NCBI GenBank assembly: GCA_027315405.1
Contig: DAHUYB010000057.1
Location: 8,380 to 72,379, forward strand
DNA: 64,000 nt
Origin: Gammaproteobacteria bacterium
GTDB lineage: Bacteria; Pseudomonadota; Gammaproteobacteria; Natronospirales; REEB76
Direction: 5' to 3'
Shown here: positions 50,894 through 62,921 of the stretch, piece by piece
How the letters are laid out: every line of letters starts with the position of its first letter
How positions within the stretch are numbered: position 1 is the stretch's first letter
The notes under the pieces: model-generated
What the model was told of the DNA's origin: nothing
Databases searched by the model: none
The model's input: the letters and a program-made list of their open reading frames with translations, nothing else
Translations under genes and position numbers: made by a program

Positions 50894-53635
50894 ATGAAAG
50901 ACAGTTTCAAATCACGCGCTACACTCGCCGCTGGCGGCAAACACTACGAAATGTTCAAGCTCGAGGCCTTGGAAAAGAAATTCAAGATCTCGCGTCTGCC
51001 CTATAGCCTCAAGATATTGCTGGAAAACCTGCTGCGCCTCGAGGACGATGTGACAGTCACGGCCGCGGATGTGGAAGCCCTGGCCAGTTGGAATCCCAAG
51101 ATCGAATCCGACAAAGAAATCGCCTTCACCCCAGCGCGGGTGTTAATGCAGGATTTCACCGGCGTGCCGGCGGTAGTGGATCTGGCCGCCATGCGGGATG
51201 CCATGAAGAAACTGGGGGGTGACCCCGGGAAAATTAATCCGCTCTCACCTGCGGAATTGGTCATTGATCATTCAGTGCAGGTTGACTTCTACGGCCGCCC
51301 GGATTCTCTTGCGAAAAACGGTGAGATGGAATTCGAGCGTAATAAAGAACGTTACTCGTTCCTGAAATGGGGCCAGAAATCATTTCAGGATTTTAAGGTG
51401 GTGCCCCCGGATACCGGCATCTGCCACCAGGTGAACCTGGAATATCTCGCACGCGTGGTATTTGAGCGGAAAATCGACGGCAAATGGCAGGCTTACCCGG
51501 ATACCCTGGTGGGCACCGACTCTCACACCACCATGGTGAATGGTCTGGGAGTGCTTGGCTGGGGCGTGGGTGGTATCGAGGCGGAAGCCGCCATGCTGGG
51601 CCAACCCTCCACCATGCTGATTCCACAAGTCATCGGCGTGCGCCTGTCCGGCGCGCTGCCGGAAGGCTCCACCGCCACCGATCTGGTGCTGACCATCGCA
51701 GAACTGCTGCGCAAGCACGGCGTAGTTGGCAAATTCGTGGAATATTTCGGACCCGGAGTGGCAAATTTGCCGCTTGCCAACCGCGCGACCCTGGGCAACA
51801 TGTCGCCCGAGTTTGGTTCCACCTGTGCCATCTTTCCCATTGACGAGGAAACCCTGAACTATCTGCGCCTCACCGGCCGCAGCAGAGAACATATCGAACT
51901 GGTGGAAACCTATGCCAAGGCTCAAGGGTTGTGGCATGCAGCTGGACAACCGCCTGCGGAATACAGCGAGGTTCTGGAAGTGGATCTTTCCAAGATCGAA
52001 CCGAGTCTAGCGGGTCCCAAACGCCCTCAGGACCGCGTCCCACTGAAGTCCGCCAAGAGCGTGATTGCCAGGCACATCGCCAGTATGGCGGCAGAACGCG
52101 CGCAAAAAGTAGAGGATGAGACCCGCTTCGAGGATGAAGGCGGCAGCATTGCCACCGACACACACGCCACCGATGGCACCACCGGTGTAACCACGGTTTC
52201 CATGGACGGACAAACCTTCAAGTTACACGACGGCGACACCATGATCGCTGCCATCACCAGTTGTACCAACACTTCCAATCCGGAAGTGATGCTGGGCGCG
52301 GGATTGCTGGCACGCCGGGCGCGCGCTAAGGGTCTGAAGCCCAAGCCCTGGGTCAAAACCAGTCTTGCCCCCGGCTCCAAGGTGGTGACCGATTATCTTA
52401 AGAAAGCCGGACTGCTGGAAGATCTGGCGGCGCTGGGATTCAATCTGGTGGGTTACGGTTGCACCACCTGCATCGGCAATTCCGGACCGCTGCGTCCGGA
52501 GATCAGTGAAGGCATCCGCAAAAGCGACCTGATCGCCAGCGCGGTGCTCTCCGGCAACCGCAATTTTGAAGGCCGCATTCACCCCGAAGTGAAGATGAAT
52601 TTTCTGGCATCACCACCGCTGGTGGTAGCCTACGCCCTCGCCGGGAGCATGCACTCTGATCTGCTGAATGAACCGCTGGGCGCCGGCAAGGACGGCAAAC
52701 CTGTCTACCTCAAGGATATCTGGCCCAGCCAGAAGGAAATCTCCGATCTTATCGCCGCCAACATTGACTCCGGCATGTTCATGAATGTTTACGGACAAGT
52801 CTTCGATGGCGATAAAAACTGGGACAGCCTCAAGGTACCGGCAGGCCAAATTTATCATTGGGACAAGGATTCCACCTATGTGCGCACCCCCCCTTACTTC
52901 GATGGCATGCGCATGCAGCCACAGGCTGTGGATGACATTCACGGCGCGCGTGTGTTGGCGTTGCTGGGAGACTCCGTGACCACTGATCACATATCGCCGG
53001 CAGGCAACATCAAGAAGGACAGTCCCGCAGGTAAATACCTGATGGAACATGGCGTACAGCCGAAAGATTTCAACTCCTATGGCTCGCGCCGCGGCAACCA
53101 TGAAGTTATGGTGCGTGGTACTTTCGCCAATATCCGTCTGCGCAATCTGCTGGCGCCGGGGACCGAAGGCGGCGTCACAAATTACCTACCCAGCGGCAAG
53201 ATCATGAGTATCTATGATGCCGCTATGAAATACCAAAACGACAAGATGCCGCTGCTGGTCATCGCCGGCGAGGAATACGGCAGCGGTTCCTCGCGCGACT
53301 GGGCCGCAAAAGGCACCTTGCTCCTCGGGGTGCAGGCCGTCATTGCCAAAAGCTTTGAGCGCATTCACCGCGCCAACCTGATCGGCATGGGCGTGCTACC
53401 GCTGCAATTCCACAAGGGCGAAGATGCCAAATCACTGGGATTGACCGGCAAGGAAGAGTTTTCCATCGCAGGTTTGGAAAACGGCAATGCCAGGGAAGTG
53501 AACGCCAAGGCCATGAGCGCGGACGGCAAAATAAGGAATTTCAAGGTTCGCGTACGCCTCGATACACCCAAGGAGCGGGATTACTACCGTAATGGCGGCA
53601 TTCTGCAATACGTCCTGCGCCAACTTGCTGCTTGA
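50894..53635 (+). CDS. acnA: Aconitate hydratase A
   Basis: [41 protein letters not shown]. Confidence 0.96.
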   Translation: MKDSFKSRATLAAGGKHYEMFKLEALEKKFKISRLPYSLKILLENLLRLEDDVTVTAADVEALASWNPKIESDKEIAFTPARVLMQDFTGVPAVVDLAAMRDAMKKLGGDPGKINPLSPAELVIDHSVQVDFYGRPDSLAKNGEMEFERNKERYSFLKWGQKSFQDFKVVPPDTGICHQVNLEYLARVVFERKIDGKWQAYPDTLVGTDSHTTMVNGLGVLGWGVGGIEAEAAMLGQPSTMLIPQVIGVRLSGALPEGSTATDLVLTIAELLRKHGVVGKFVEYFGPGVANLPLANRATLGNMSPEFGSTCAIFPIDEETLNYLRLTGRSREHIELVETYAKAQGLWHAAGQPPAEYSEVLEVDLSKIEPSLAGPKRPQDRVPLKSAKSVIARHIASMAAERAQKVEDETRFEDEGGSIATDTHATDGTTGVTTVSMDGQTFKLHDGDTMIAAITSCTNTSNPEVMLGAGLLARRARAKGLKPKPWVKTSLAPGSKVVTDYLKKAGLLEDLAALGFNLVGYGCTTCIGNSGPLRPEISEGIRKSDLIASAVLSGNRNFEGRIHPEVKMNFLASPPLVVAYALAGSMHSDLLNEPLGAGKDGKPVYLKDIWPSQKEISDLIAANIDSGMFMNVYGQVFDGDKNWDSLKVPAGQIYHWDKDSTYVRTPPYFDGMRMQPQAVDDIHGARVLALLGDSVTTDHISPAGNIKKDSPAGKYLMEHGVQPKDFNSYGSRRGNHEVMVRGTFANIRLRNLLAPGTEGGVTNYLPSGKIMSIYDAAMKYQNDKMPLLVIAGEEYGSGSSRDWAAKGTLLLGVQAVIAKSFERIHRANLIGMGVLPLQFHKGEDAKSLGLTGKEEFSIAGLENGNAREVNAKAMSADGKIRNFKVRVRLDTPKERDYYRNGGILQYVLRQLAA

Positions 53636-53811
53636 CGAACAAGTTATAGATTTAGGGTATTCGGAATATATTATTTAATTAGGATTTAAAGTCCCCAATA
53701 ATAATCTTCTGTAAGCCGGATATTTTTTGTTGCATTGAGTTTTAATGAGGCGTCAGATCTAAGTCTGGTTTGGCTGTTTAACGAATGCTCTTTATGATTG
53801 CGCATAATTCT

Positions 53812-54246
53812 TTAAAACTTAGTGTTTTCGGTTTTCCATACTTCCGGCTGCCATTTACCTGAGGCCGCAAATTTGGCGCCGATGTAGTAAGCCTCGTGAG
53901 CTGCCACGTCGAGCTTCATTTCTTGCATCTGCCTAGCATCCGGCAGCTTTTGCTTCAACCCCGGCAGATAGGCGAGGTTCACCACCTTGGCCAGCTTGAC
54001 CCTGAAGGTGTAATTGCCGGGCTTGATCCAGAGCACACCCTGATCAGAGCGGTTGGTGAGTTTGCCGTCCAGCATCCATATCCGTACCGGATAGATTTTG
54101 CGAGGAATCATTTGATAATTCAGGTACAGCACTGCGTGAAGCTCGCTGCGAGAGTTTACGAACGGCGAAGCCGTGGCCGTAACGCAGAATGCCGCCAACA
54201 GCAACCCTGTCAGCCATCGGAACGAATTTCGAATGGGCATTGCCAT
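53812..54246 (-). CDS. Secreted hypothetical protein, paralogue 2
   Basis: SD ggag; signal peptide; shares HAVLYLN, LTNRS.QGVLWIKPG and AYYIGAKF with its neighbour. Confidence 0.8.
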   Translation of the reverse strand: MAMPIRNSFRWLTGLLLAAFCVTATASPFVNSRSELHAVLYLNYQMIPRKIYPVRIWMLDGKLTNRSDQGVLWIKPGNYTFRVKLAKVVNLAYLPGLKQKLPDARQMQEMKLDVAAHEAYYIGAKFAASGKWQPEVWKTENTKF

Positions 54247-54306
54247 AGCCCGTCTCCTTCCTGCGCACGCCACCCCGAGAAAGCGGGTATCCAGCGATTA
54301 CAGGCT

Positions 54307-54738
54307 TTAATATTTGGCGTCAGCGGTCTTCCACACTACCGGCCACCACTGGTTGGAAGCCTTAAATTTGGCTCCGATGTAGTAGGCCTTGCCGGCCTTC
54401 ACATTGATTTTTAGCTCGTGATCTGGCTGGCCAAATTCGGCGCTGCGCGACAAACCCGGAACATCGGCAAGATTCACCGTTCCCAACTTAATCTTGAATA
54501 CATATACACCGGGCTTGATCCAGAGCACGCCCTGGTTTGAGCGGTTGGTGAGTTCCCCATCTACCGCCCAGATTTTTACAGGCCATATCTGTTTGGCACT
54601 CTGATTGACATTTAAATACAGCACCGCGTGGGGTTCGCTACGGGAGCCCAGAAAAGGCGAGGCCATAGCCGCAGCACAAACCATCGCCAGTAACAGGCCC
54701 GTCAGCCATCCCAACAAATCACGCATTACAGTTTTCAT
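54307..54738 (-). CDS. Secreted hypothetical protein, paralogue 1
   Basis: SD ggagg; signal peptide ending AMA; same conserved blocks. Confidence 0.8.
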   Translation of the reverse strand: MKTVMRDLLGWLTGLLLAMVCAAAMASPFLGSRSEPHAVLYLNVNQSAKQIWPVKIWAVDGELTNRSNQGVLWIKPGVYVFKIKLGTVNLADVPGLSRSAEFGQPDHELKINVKAGKAYYIGAKFKASNQWWPVVWKTADAKY

Positions 54739-54815
54739 CACGCACCTCCTCCGGGTCCGCCCCGGGAGCTAAGTCCAGTATAGATCAAATCTACGAAAAA
54801 ATACGTTTTTCTCAA

Positions 54816-55661
54816 TCATCCGCGCTCTACCGGACGGGAGGGCTCACGTATCCACTCGCTCCAAGAACCTGCATACAGCCTGCCACCCTTCATTCCCGCC
54901 ACCTCCATGGCCAGCAGGTTATGGCAGGCGGTGACCCCCGAACCGCACATACACACGGTTTCAGCGGGTGAAATACCTTGCAAGGCAGCTTCAAAGCGCT
55001 GGCGTAGCGCCTCTGGCGATTTGAAACCGCCACTCTCAGAAAGGTTCCCTGCAAAGGGCAGGTTGACAGCTCCCGGCACATGCCCCGCCACCGTGTCTAT
55101 GGACTCCTGCTCGCCCCGGAAACGGCTGGGTGCCCTCGCGTCCAGCAGCCGGCCGGTGTGTTCCCTGGATTGTCCTTGGACCATCTTGGAATTTACCCAC
55201 AGCGCATTCTCGGGGTGTGGCTGGAAATCGCCCGATGGCACCTTCACCGGCGGTTCCGGTGTGATGGCACGTTCTTCTTTGACCCATTGAGTGATACCGC
55301 CATCCAATACCGCCACCTGCGGATGGCCCAGCCACCGCAGTAGCCACCAGAGCCGCGCGGCGAACGCGCCGCCCGCATCGTCATAGGCTATAACTTGGGT
55401 GGAATTATGAACGCCGGCAGCCGCCAGTTTCTTCGCCAAATACTCCGGCATAGGCAGTGGGTGCCGGCCACTCCCGGGGGTCACCGGTCCGGCCAAGTCC
55501 CGATCCAGATGCAAATAATGGGCGCCTGGAATGTGGCCGGCGCGAAAGTGGCATTCACCCTCTTCGGGGTCCGTCAGCACGAAACGGCAGTCAAACAGGC
55601 ACCAACCCGAATTCAGGTTGCGCGCAAGCGTTTCCGTATCCACCAAGGTTGTATAGGTCAC
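54816..55661 (-). CDS. sseA: 3-mercaptopyruvate/thiosulfate sulfurtransferase
   Basis: GHIPGA, GRHPLP, CGSGVTAC active site, YAGSWSEW. Confidence 0.9.
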   Translation of the reverse strand: MTYTTLVDTETLARNLNSGWCLFDCRFVLTDPEEGECHFRAGHIPGAHYLHLDRDLAGPVTPGSGRHPLPMPEYLAKKLAAAGVHNSTQVIAYDDAGGAFAARLWWLLRWLGHPQVAVLDGGITQWVKEERAITPEPPVKVPSGDFQPHPENALWVNSKMVQGQSREHTGRLLDARAPSRFRGEQESIDTVAGHVPGAVNLPFAGNLSESGGFKSPEALRQRFEAALQGISPAETVCMCGSGVTACHNLLAMEVAGMKGGRLYAGSWSEWIREPSRPVERG

Positions 55662-55849
55662 AGCACGTTACCGAGTCCCATAATTATGGGAAATATACTG
55701 TGTTACGACTCAAAGCATTCCCCACACGCATATATTCACAGCGCCGCCATCAGCTATGCCGAGAGGTCGGATTAAACAGATAAGACCGCATGCTTGTTCC
55801 TGTAACTGACACTTGTTTTGAATCTGTAATGGCGCTGGCAAGCATGGCA

Positions 55850-56152
55850 TTTTGATTTTCAGCCACCTTCGAGGCGACGGATCCGTCATCCGCTCGTCTT
55901 ACAGGCGAGGGTTGTTGAATTCTATCAGCCAGCAGCAGAATAACGACGCACACCCTACCAGTACCGGTCCATACGCATAGGTAATCCCACTGGGCGGAAC
56001 ATGCGGCACGATACGTTGCAAGCCTATGCTGATCATAATAGCTAGCGCCGTGCCTGCCATGGGAACGGAATTTGTGAACCCCGTGGCGTATTTAGCACCA
56101 TGGCCCAACTTAACTCAAACAGGTCGGTGATAACCAGTAGCAGCCATTTCAT
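55850..56152 (-). pseudogene. SugE/Gdx-like SMR transporter pseudogene
   Basis: MKWLLLVITDLFELSWAMVL, frameshift, KYATGFTNSVPMAGTALAIMISIGL..GITYAY; 3' limit approximate. Confidence 0.72.
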
Positions 56153-56164
56153 TCGAACATATAT

Positions 56165-57064
56165 CTAACGTCGGCCGTCACGCAGATCTCCGCCAATTCG
56201 TTCAAGGTAATCACGGAAATCATCGCCAAGCTCGGTATGCTTCAGCCCGCATTCCACGGTGGCTTTCAGATAACCCAGCTTGCTACCACAGTCATAGCGC
56301 ACTCCCGCATATTCGCAGGCATAAACTGTTTCCTGGGTTAACAATGCCTGAATGGCGTCGGTGAGCTGGATTTCACCACCAGCACCCTTGCCAGTATTGT
56401 GCAGTAATTCGAAAATGCCGGGCGTGAGCAAATAGCGGCCCACCACACCCAACGTAGAAGGCGCCTCGGCAGGCTTGGGTTTTTCCACGATATGTTTGAT
56501 TCCATACAAACGCTCACCGGCCGGTTCCGGGCTAATAATTCCGTAGCGGTGGGTCTCGTCACGCGCCACCCGTTCGACGCCGATTACGCTGTTGCCGTAA
56601 CGCTCGTATACATCTTTCATCTGCAACAGTGGCGAGCGACCAGTGCTTGCAATCAGATCATCAGCCAGTATCACGTAAAACGGCTCATTTCCCACCACCG
56701 GTTCAGCGCATAATACGGCATGACCAAGACCCAGGGCCTCCGCCTGCCGAATGTACACACAGGTCACATTCTCCGGCACAATGCCCTGCACCAAGGCAAG
56801 TTCATGCTGCCGGCCGCGGAGTGACAGTTCTGTTTCCAATTCGTAAGCACGGTCAAAGTGATCGGAAATGGCGCGCTTGGTGCGGCTGGTGATGAACACC
56901 AACACCTCGGCACCTGCTTCCACCGCTTCCTCAACCGCGTATTGGATGAGTGGCTTATCCACGATGGGCAGCATTTCCTTGGGACTCGCCTTGGTGGCCG
57001 GCAGGAAACGCGTGCCCAGCCCGGCTACTGGGAAAACCGCCTTGCGGATATTTGCATGTTTCAT
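56165..57064 (-). CDS. galU: UTP--glucose-1-phosphate uridylyltransferase
   Basis: [36 protein letters not shown]. Confidence 0.95.
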   Translation of the reverse strand: MKHANIRKAVFPVAGLGTRFLPATKASPKEMLPIVDKPLIQYAVEEAVEAGAEVLVFITSRTKRAISDHFDRAYELETELSLRGRQHELALVQGIVPENVTCVYIRQAEALGLGHAVLCAEPVVGNEPFYVILADDLIASTGRSPLLQMKDVYERYGNSVIGVERVARDETHRYGIISPEPAGERLYGIKHIVEKPKPAEAPSTLGVVGRYLLTPGIFELLHNTGKGAGGEIQLTDAIQALLTQETVYACEYAGVRYDCGSKLGYLKATVECGLKHTELGDDFRDYLERIGGDLRDGRR

Positions 57065-57112
57065 GGTTCTATAATCTCCCTATGCGCTACTGCCATACAG
57101 GTTCTCATCCAT

Positions 57113-58315
57113 TCATACGGTATTCGAGAGCCCGGCTGCGGTAAAGCTGATTTCGTGAAACGGCATGGTCCGATTCCAAGTCTTGCAGCTTGGGCATTGC
57201 CAGTAGAGTGTTTTACTGCGGAACCCACATTCCTCACAGCGATAGCGGGGTCCGTTCTTTAGCAGATTCCTGACTGCGTTTTGCAGGGGTTCCAAATCGG
57301 CCGACGGGGATGCGCCACTTCGCTGCGCGAAGGATGTAAATATTTCATAAAGGCCATGCAGGCTTGGCTCCGTGCGTAAATATCCGGCAACACAGGCCTG
57401 CGACACCGGGTCATCCAGTTCAGGATCGAGGATCGCGGCGATCGCCAGATAACCGCAGGCCTTCGGATTATCGTGAAGCAATTCACCGAGCATGGACTCC
57501 AGCGTTTCTCGCCCAGTTACCTGTCGGGTCACTCGTGCCAGTGCCGGCAGCACTTCGGTAGCGTAACGGATTTCATGTTCAAGTACATTCTTATAATGCC
57601 GCTGACTGCGTTCCCAATCCTGGTCAGCTTCCGCCATTTGCGCTAGCAGCAGGTTGGCGCGTACACAATTGGAATCGTGGGATTGTGCGCGTTTCAGGAA
57701 ACGCCGGGCGAGCGTCAGGTCCTTGCCGGCCTGTGCCGCCTGGGCCAGTTCGCAGTAATATTGTGAAATGGTTTCTTCCTCGGAAATCCCCCTGTGTGCC
57801 TGCAAGCGCCTTCGCATTGATATGGCCTGTTCCCAATCCTTCTGCTGTTCGTAAAGCGAAATCAGGCTTTGTAGAGCCGGATCGGTGTAGCTCGGCATAT
57901 CGAGCAATTCCAGCAGGATGCTTTCGGCACGATCTAGCAAGCCGGCGCGCAGATAATCCTGCGCTAGCTCAAACAGTGCTTGTGCCCGGTGGGCGCGGGT
58001 GAGATTGGGCCGGGCGATGAGGTTTTGGTGAATGCGAATGGCGCGATCCACCTCACCACGGCGCCGGAACAGGTTACCCAGGGCAAAATGAGTCTCGACC
58101 GTTTCCGAGTCCACTTCCGCTACGCGAATGAACACCTCAAGTGCCTTGTCCGGTTGCTCGTTCAGCAGGAAATTGAGGCCTTTGAAATACTCACTGCTAA
58201 AAAATTTGAAACGTGAATCCCGGCTGCCACCGTGTCCCCAATGTGCCAACAACCATCCGAATACGACGGCTGCGATCAGCAGCAGGATTATGATTGCCGT
58301 CGAATCAATGGTCAT
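57113..58315 (-). CDS. lapB: LPS assembly protein B
   Basis: YFKGLNFLLNEQPDKA, GEVDRAIRIHQ, TPRs, CxxC..CxxC rubredoxin domain. Confidence 0.94.
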   Translation of the reverse strand: MTIDSTAIIILLLIAAVVFGWLLAHWGHGGSRDSRFKFFSSEYFKGLNFLLNEQPDKALEVFIRVAEVDSETVETHFALGNLFRRRGEVDRAIRIHQNLIARPNLTRAHRAQALFELAQDYLRAGLLDRAESILLELLDMPSYTDPALQSLISLYEQQKDWEQAISMRRRLQAHRGISEEETISQYYCELAQAAQAGKDLTLARRFLKRAQSHDSNCVRANLLLAQMAEADQDWERSQRHYKNVLEHEIRYATEVLPALARVTRQVTGRETLESMLGELLHDNPKACGYLAIAAILDPELDDPVSQACVAGYLRTEPSLHGLYEIFTSFAQRSGASPSADLEPLQNAVRNLLKNGPRYRCEECGFRSKTLYWQCPSCKTWNRTMPFHEISFTAAGLSNTV

Positions 58316-58598
58316 TCTTTAGGGGAAGATTACGCAGATTGCGGATTTCCGCTTCGGCATCTCGAACCGAACGTTGCAAGCGCCAGGCCTCGCGTTTGAG
58401 ACGGAAAATGACCGCCAGGCCACTAAGCAAACCCAACAACCAGCCGATGATAGCAGCACCCAGTAGCGCTGAAGACAGATGCGCTCGCATACTGCCTATG
58501 AGGTAATTGAGAACCACGGTCGTGCCGTTGGCATAGGCCAGCAACAGAGCCGCGACAAAGATACACACTAGAGCAATGATGGCGATCCAACGCAACAT
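58305..58598 (-). CDS. lapA: LPS assembly protein A
   Basis: Two TMs plus coiled tail; lies between ihfB and lapB. Confidence 0.85.
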   Translation of the reverse strand: MLRWIAIIALVCIFVAALLLAYANGTTVVLNYLIGSMRAHLSSALLGAAIIGWLLGLLSGLAVIFRLKREAWRLQRSVRDAEAEIRNLRNLPLKNDH

Positions 58599-58657
58599 GA
58601 CTGGCAGGCTCCGCTCAAATTATGGAGATTGGGGATTCCCAGATTTAGCCTGGTCAA

Positions 58658-58945
58658 CTATAAGGACCCGTCGTTCACGCGATCGCGCAAATCCTTGCCT
58701 GGCTTGAAGTGCGGAACGTGTTTCCCGGAGAGCGCGACGGAATCTCCGGTTTTTGGATTGCGACCCATGCGCGGTGGACGAAAATGCAGTGAAAAACTCC
58801 CAAAGCCACGTATTTCAATGCGCCGTCCCGTGGACAGCGCATTGCTCATTTGCTCCAGCATCGTCTTGACCGCAAGCTCAATATCCTTGCCGGCGAGATG
58901 GCTTTGCTTTCTGGCGATGATTTCGATCAGCTCTGACTTGGTCAT
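58658..58945 (-). CDS. ihfB: Integration host factor beta
   Basis: [29 protein letters not shown]. Confidence 0.96.
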   Translation of the reverse strand: MTKSELIEIIARKQSHLAGKDIELAVKTMLEQMSNALSTGRRIEIRGFGSFSLHFRPPRMGRNPKTGDSVALSGKHVPHFKPGKDLRDRVNDGSL

Positions 58946-59062
58946 GGTCCGCTTGTGCCTTCAACGCTAAACTTAGATTGTGCCAGCGTGGAAAACCTTA
59001 TCTAAATCGCAAATCCAAAAAGAGGAGGCATTCCCAGCTCGAACGCGCGCCTCATCTATCCA

Positions 59063-60739
59063 TCATTCCTGGTCATTGCTAATGTGCTCCTTCAGCAAAT
59101 CCCCCAGGGTAGTGGTGCCGGACGAGGTATTACGGGCGTAATCTTCCATCGCCTGGGCTTCCTCCTGGATTTCCTTTGCTTTCACTGACAGGCTGATACT
59201 GCGGTTTTTGCGATCCATGCCCACAAAGCGGGCTTCGATATCATCACCCTCTTTGAGAACCGTGCGCGCATCCTCCACACGATCACGCGAGAGTTCGGAG
59301 GCACGCAGATAGCCTTCAATGCCGTTACCCAAATCAACCATAGCACCCTTGGCATCCACGGTCGCCACCTTGCCCCGTATCATGCTGCCTTTGGGATGTT
59401 CGGCCAGAAAGTTCGAGAAGGGATCCTTCTCCAATTGCTTGATGCCGAGAGAAATGCGTTCGCGCTGGGCGTCCACCGCCAGCACCACCGCTTCCACTTC
59501 GTCACCTTTCTTGTAGTTACGTACTGCTTCTTCTCCAGGCATGTCCCAGGAAATATCCGAGAGATGCACCAGACCGTCAATACCGCCGTCGAGGCCGACA
59601 AAAATGCCGAAATCGGTGATGGATTTGATCTTGCCCTTGAGGCGATCGTTTTTGCTGTGGCTGGCAGCGAAATCATCCCACGGGTTCGGTTTGCACTGTT
59701 TCATGCCGAGCGAAATACGGCGCCGTTCCTCGTCGATTTCCAGCACCATGACCTCTGTCTCGTCGCCCACCTGCACAACCTTGGCCGGATTCACATTCTT
59801 GTTGGTCCAGTCCATCTCAGAGACATGCACCAGACCTTCCACACCTGGCTCAACTTCCACGAAGCAGCCATAATCGGCAAGATTGGTGACCTTGCCAAAC
59901 AGGCGCGTTCCGGTTGGATAGCGGCGTGTGATATCCACCCATGGGTCGTCACCCAGCTGCTTGAGCCCTAGGGATACCCGGTTGCGCTCGCGGTCGAACT
60001 TGAGCACTTTGACCTCGATTTCCTGACCGACAGCCACCACTTCCGATGGATGCTTGACGCGCTTCCAGGCCATATCCGTGATATGCAGCAGGCCGTCAAT
60101 TCCGCCTAGATCCACGAAGGCGCCATATTCGGTGAGGTTTTTGACGAGACCCTTCACCATCGAGCCTTCCTGCAGATTGCCCAGCAATTGGTCGCGCTCG
60201 GCGCTGTATTCCTGTTCAACCACCGCACGTCGGGACACCACGACGTTGTTGCGGCGCTGATCCAGTTTGATGACCTTGAATTCCAGTTCTTTGCCTTCCA
60301 GATAAACGGGATCGCGCACCGGGCGCACATCCACCAGTGAGCCGGGCAGGAAGGCACGCACACCATCAACTTCAACGGTGAAGCCGCCCTTGACCTTGCC
60401 GCTTATATACCCCTTGACGATTTCGCCCTTGGTAAAGGCTTCTTCAAGCTTGGTCCAAGAACGGGCGCGCTTGGCTTTCTCACGCGACAATCGGGTTTCG
60501 CCGAATCCGTCTTCGACGGCATCCAGGGCTACCTCCACGTCGTCGCCCACGGCGATTTCCAATTCACCGTTTTCGTTGTAAAACTGTTCGGCGGGTATTA
60601 CACCTTCGGATTTGAGACCGGCATTGACGATTACTACGTCCGGCCTTATTTCCATTACCCGGGCCATAAGGATGGAGCCCGATTGCATCTGCGATTGCTT
60701 GATGCTTTCTTCAAAAAGTTCTGCAAAAGACTCGGTCAT
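59063..60739 (-). CDS. rpsA: 30S ribosomal protein S1
   Basis: [12 protein letters not shown], six S1 repeats. Confidence 0.97.
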   Translation of the reverse strand: MTESFAELFEESIKQSQMQSGSILMARVMEIRPDVVIVNAGLKSEGVIPAEQFYNENGELEIAVGDDVEVALDAVEDGFGETRLSREKAKRARSWTKLEEAFTKGEIVKGYISGKVKGGFTVEVDGVRAFLPGSLVDVRPVRDPVYLEGKELEFKVIKLDQRRNNVVVSRRAVVEQEYSAERDQLLGNLQEGSMVKGLVKNLTEYGAFVDLGGIDGLLHITDMAWKRVKHPSEVVAVGQEIEVKVLKFDRERNRVSLGLKQLGDDPWVDITRRYPTGTRLFGKVTNLADYGCFVEVEPGVEGLVHVSEMDWTNKNVNPAKVVQVGDETEVMVLEIDEERRRISLGMKQCKPNPWDDFAASHSKNDRLKGKIKSITDFGIFVGLDGGIDGLVHLSDISWDMPGEEAVRNYKKGDEVEAVVLAVDAQRERISLGIKQLEKDPFSNFLAEHPKGSMIRGKVATVDAKGAMVDLGNGIEGYLRASELSRDRVEDARTVLKEGDDIEARFVGMDRKNRSISLSVKAKEIQEEAQAMEDYARNTSSGTTTLGDLLKEHISNDQE

Positions 60740-60864
60740 GTTGAAGTTGGTCCTAAATGCCCTGTGTGCAGGGGCCGTTTTTGAGTTGGTCCGGTAGCCC
60801 TCCTGGGCTGCTCCGGGTGAATTAATAATCAAGGGCTGGTCCGTGTAACCCCAACCATCTTCAT

Positions 60865-61569
60865 TCAATTAGCCCCTGTGGTGCTGCCAAACCGCTGCCA
60901 GGCCAGAGCCAACACCTTTTCCACCACCTGCTCGATGCCGGTGCCGGTGGTATCCAGCACCACTGCCTCCGGGGCGGGCTTCAAGGGGGAAACGGCGCGG
61001 CTTTGGTCGCGTTCGTCGCGGGCAGCAATGCCCCTAAAAAGGCCGGGCAGAGTAGCATCTAACCCTTTTTGTTTCAACTGGTTATAGCGTCTTTTGGCCC
61101 GTTCCCCGGCACTCGCCGTGAGAAAGACTTTAAGGCCCGCATCTGGGAAAATAACCGTGCCCATATCGCGGCCATCGGCTACCAAACCAGGGACCCGGCG
61201 AAAGCTACGCTGCAGAGTTTTGAGCCCTTCCCTAACTTGCGGGATGACCGCCAGTTCTGAAGCCCGGTTTCCACACTCCTCGGTACGCACCGGCTGGCTG
61301 ATATCGCGCCCACCCAGCAATATGCGTTCGTCGCCGGCCGCAGTCCGGCTAAATTCAACCTGCAGTGAACGGGCCAGGGATTGGAGTTTTTGGGGTTGAT
61401 CAGATGACAAACCCGCCGCATCGGCCGCCCAGGCAAGCACGCGATACAGAGCGCCACTGTCCAGGAAATGCCAGCCGAGCGCGTCTGCTACCCGCCGACT
61501 TACGGTGCCCTTGCCGGAACCACTCGGTCCATCAATAGCCACCACCGGGGGTAAAGTATTCTGGCTCAT
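60865..61569 (-). CDS. cmk: Cytidylate kinase
   Basis: [26 protein letters not shown]. Confidence 0.95.
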   Translation of the reverse strand: MSQNTLPPVVAIDGPSGSGKGTVSRRVADALGWHFLDSGALYRVLAWAADAAGLSSDQPQKLQSLARSLQVEFSRTAAGDERILLGGRDISQPVRTEECGNRASELAVIPQVREGLKTLQRSFRRVPGLVADGRDMGTVIFPDAGLKVFLTASAGERAKRRYNQLKQKGLDATLPGLFRGIAARDERDQSRAVSPLKPAPEAVVLDTTGTGIEQVVEKVLALAWQRFGSTTGAN

Positions 61570-62921
61570 GGACGTGGCGTCTCGCTGACTTCAATAGGCA
61601 ACCCGGCGTTTCGGGCCAGACCAGCGAAACCGGGGAAAGATGTGTCCACATTGCAGCAATCGTGAATGCGAAGGGGTGAACATGCACGCAGGCCGGCCAT
61701 GGCAAAGGCCATGGCGATGCGGTGGTCACCGAAACTATCCACCTCGCCTCCCCGGAAACCATCGCCACCCGTGACGCGTATGCCATCATCCCAAAGCTGC
61801 AGCTCCACTCCCAGGGTGCGTAACCCCACTGCCATGGCTTGCAGGCGGTCGCTTTCCTTCACGCGCAGCTCCGCTGCACCGCGCAGCGTGGTGACCCCCT
61901 GTGCTAACGCCGCGGCTATCAGCAGTGCCGGTAATTCATCTATGGCAAGCGGCACCATTTCCGGGCCAATGTCCAAGCCCCGCAACTTCCCGCCGCGCAC
62001 TTCCACATCCGCCACTGGCTCGTTGCCAAGCATATACTCATGCACTAGGCGAATGTCCGCGCCCATATCTCGCAGCAAATGCAGCACGCCGTTGCGGCTT
62101 GGGTTCACACCTACGCCCTCGACGATAAGGTGGGCCCCCGGTTGCGCGGCAGCCGCCACCATGAAAAACGCTGCCGATGATAGGTCGCCCGGCACAGTAA
62201 CGTCGGCAGCGCAAAGCTCATGGCCTCCGCAGATACCGAGCCACTCGCCAGCGCGCAAGACCGCACACCCGAAGGATTCCAACATACGCTCCGTATGGTC
62301 ACGGGTCGTGGCCGGCTCTTTTATCCAGGTTTCACCTTCGGCCTGAAGACCGGCAAACAACAAGCTGGATTTCACCTGCGCGCTGGCCAGAGGCATTTCA
62401 TAGCGCACGGGCTTGAGCGGCCGCTGACCGTGAACCGTGAGCGGCGCATGGCCCGATGTGCTTTTAATCACAGCACCCATGCGTACCAGAGGCTCGATGA
62501 TACGCAGCATGGGCCGGCGGTGCAGCGATGCATCGCCGGTGAGTACTGATTCGAACGGCTGTCCTGCCAGCAAACCCGTGAGTAGCCGCATGCTGGTGCC
62601 GGAATTGCCGCAATTGAGTGCGCGTACAGGTGAGCGCAAACCCGCAAAGCCAAGACCCTGGATCGTGACAGCACCGGATCCGTCACGTTCCATTTTGATG
62701 CCCAACTCCTGCAAGGCAGTGAATGTTGCCAGGCAATCAGCACTCTCCAGAAAATTGGTGACGTGCGTTTCACCTGTGGCGAGCGCACCCAGTAGAAGCG
62801 CCCGGTGACAAATGGATTTGTCGCCCGGCACCCGTATTCGCCCTGTGAGATAACCGCCGGGCGCGATCACGAAATCCTGGAAAGCAGCAATCGGCGCTAA
62901 TGGGGATGCCGGGATATTCAA
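61566..62921 (-). CDS. aroA: EPSP synthase
   Basis: PGDKSICHR, GNSGTSMR, SAQVKS, RDHTE, KESDR, DHRIAM. Confidence 0.95.
   Translation of the reverse strand: MNIPASPLAPIAAFQDFVIAPGGYLTGRIRVPGDKSICHRALLLGALATGETHVTNFLESADCLATFTALQELGIKMERDGSGAVTIQGLGFAGLRSPVRALNCGNSGTSMRLLTGLLAGQPFESVLTGDASLHRRPMLRIIEPLVRMGAVIKSTSGHAPLTVHGQRPLKPVRYEMPLASAQVKSSLLFAGLQAEGETWIKEPATTRDHTERMLESFGCAVLRAGEWLGICGGHELCAADVTVPGDLSSAAFFMVAAAAQPGAHLIVEGVGVNPSRNGVLHLLRDMGADIRLVHEYMLGNEPVADVEVRGGKLRGLDIGPEMVPLAIDELPALLIAAALAQGVTTLRGAAELRVKESDRLQAMAVGLRTLGVELQLWDDGIRVTGGDGFRGGEVDSFGDHRIAMAFAMAGLRACSPLRIHDCCNVDTSFPGFAGLARNAGLPIEVSETPRP

Noticed and set aside
60740-60864. Structured rpsA leader
   Set aside because: Expected autoregulatory region, but I could not define a convincing fold
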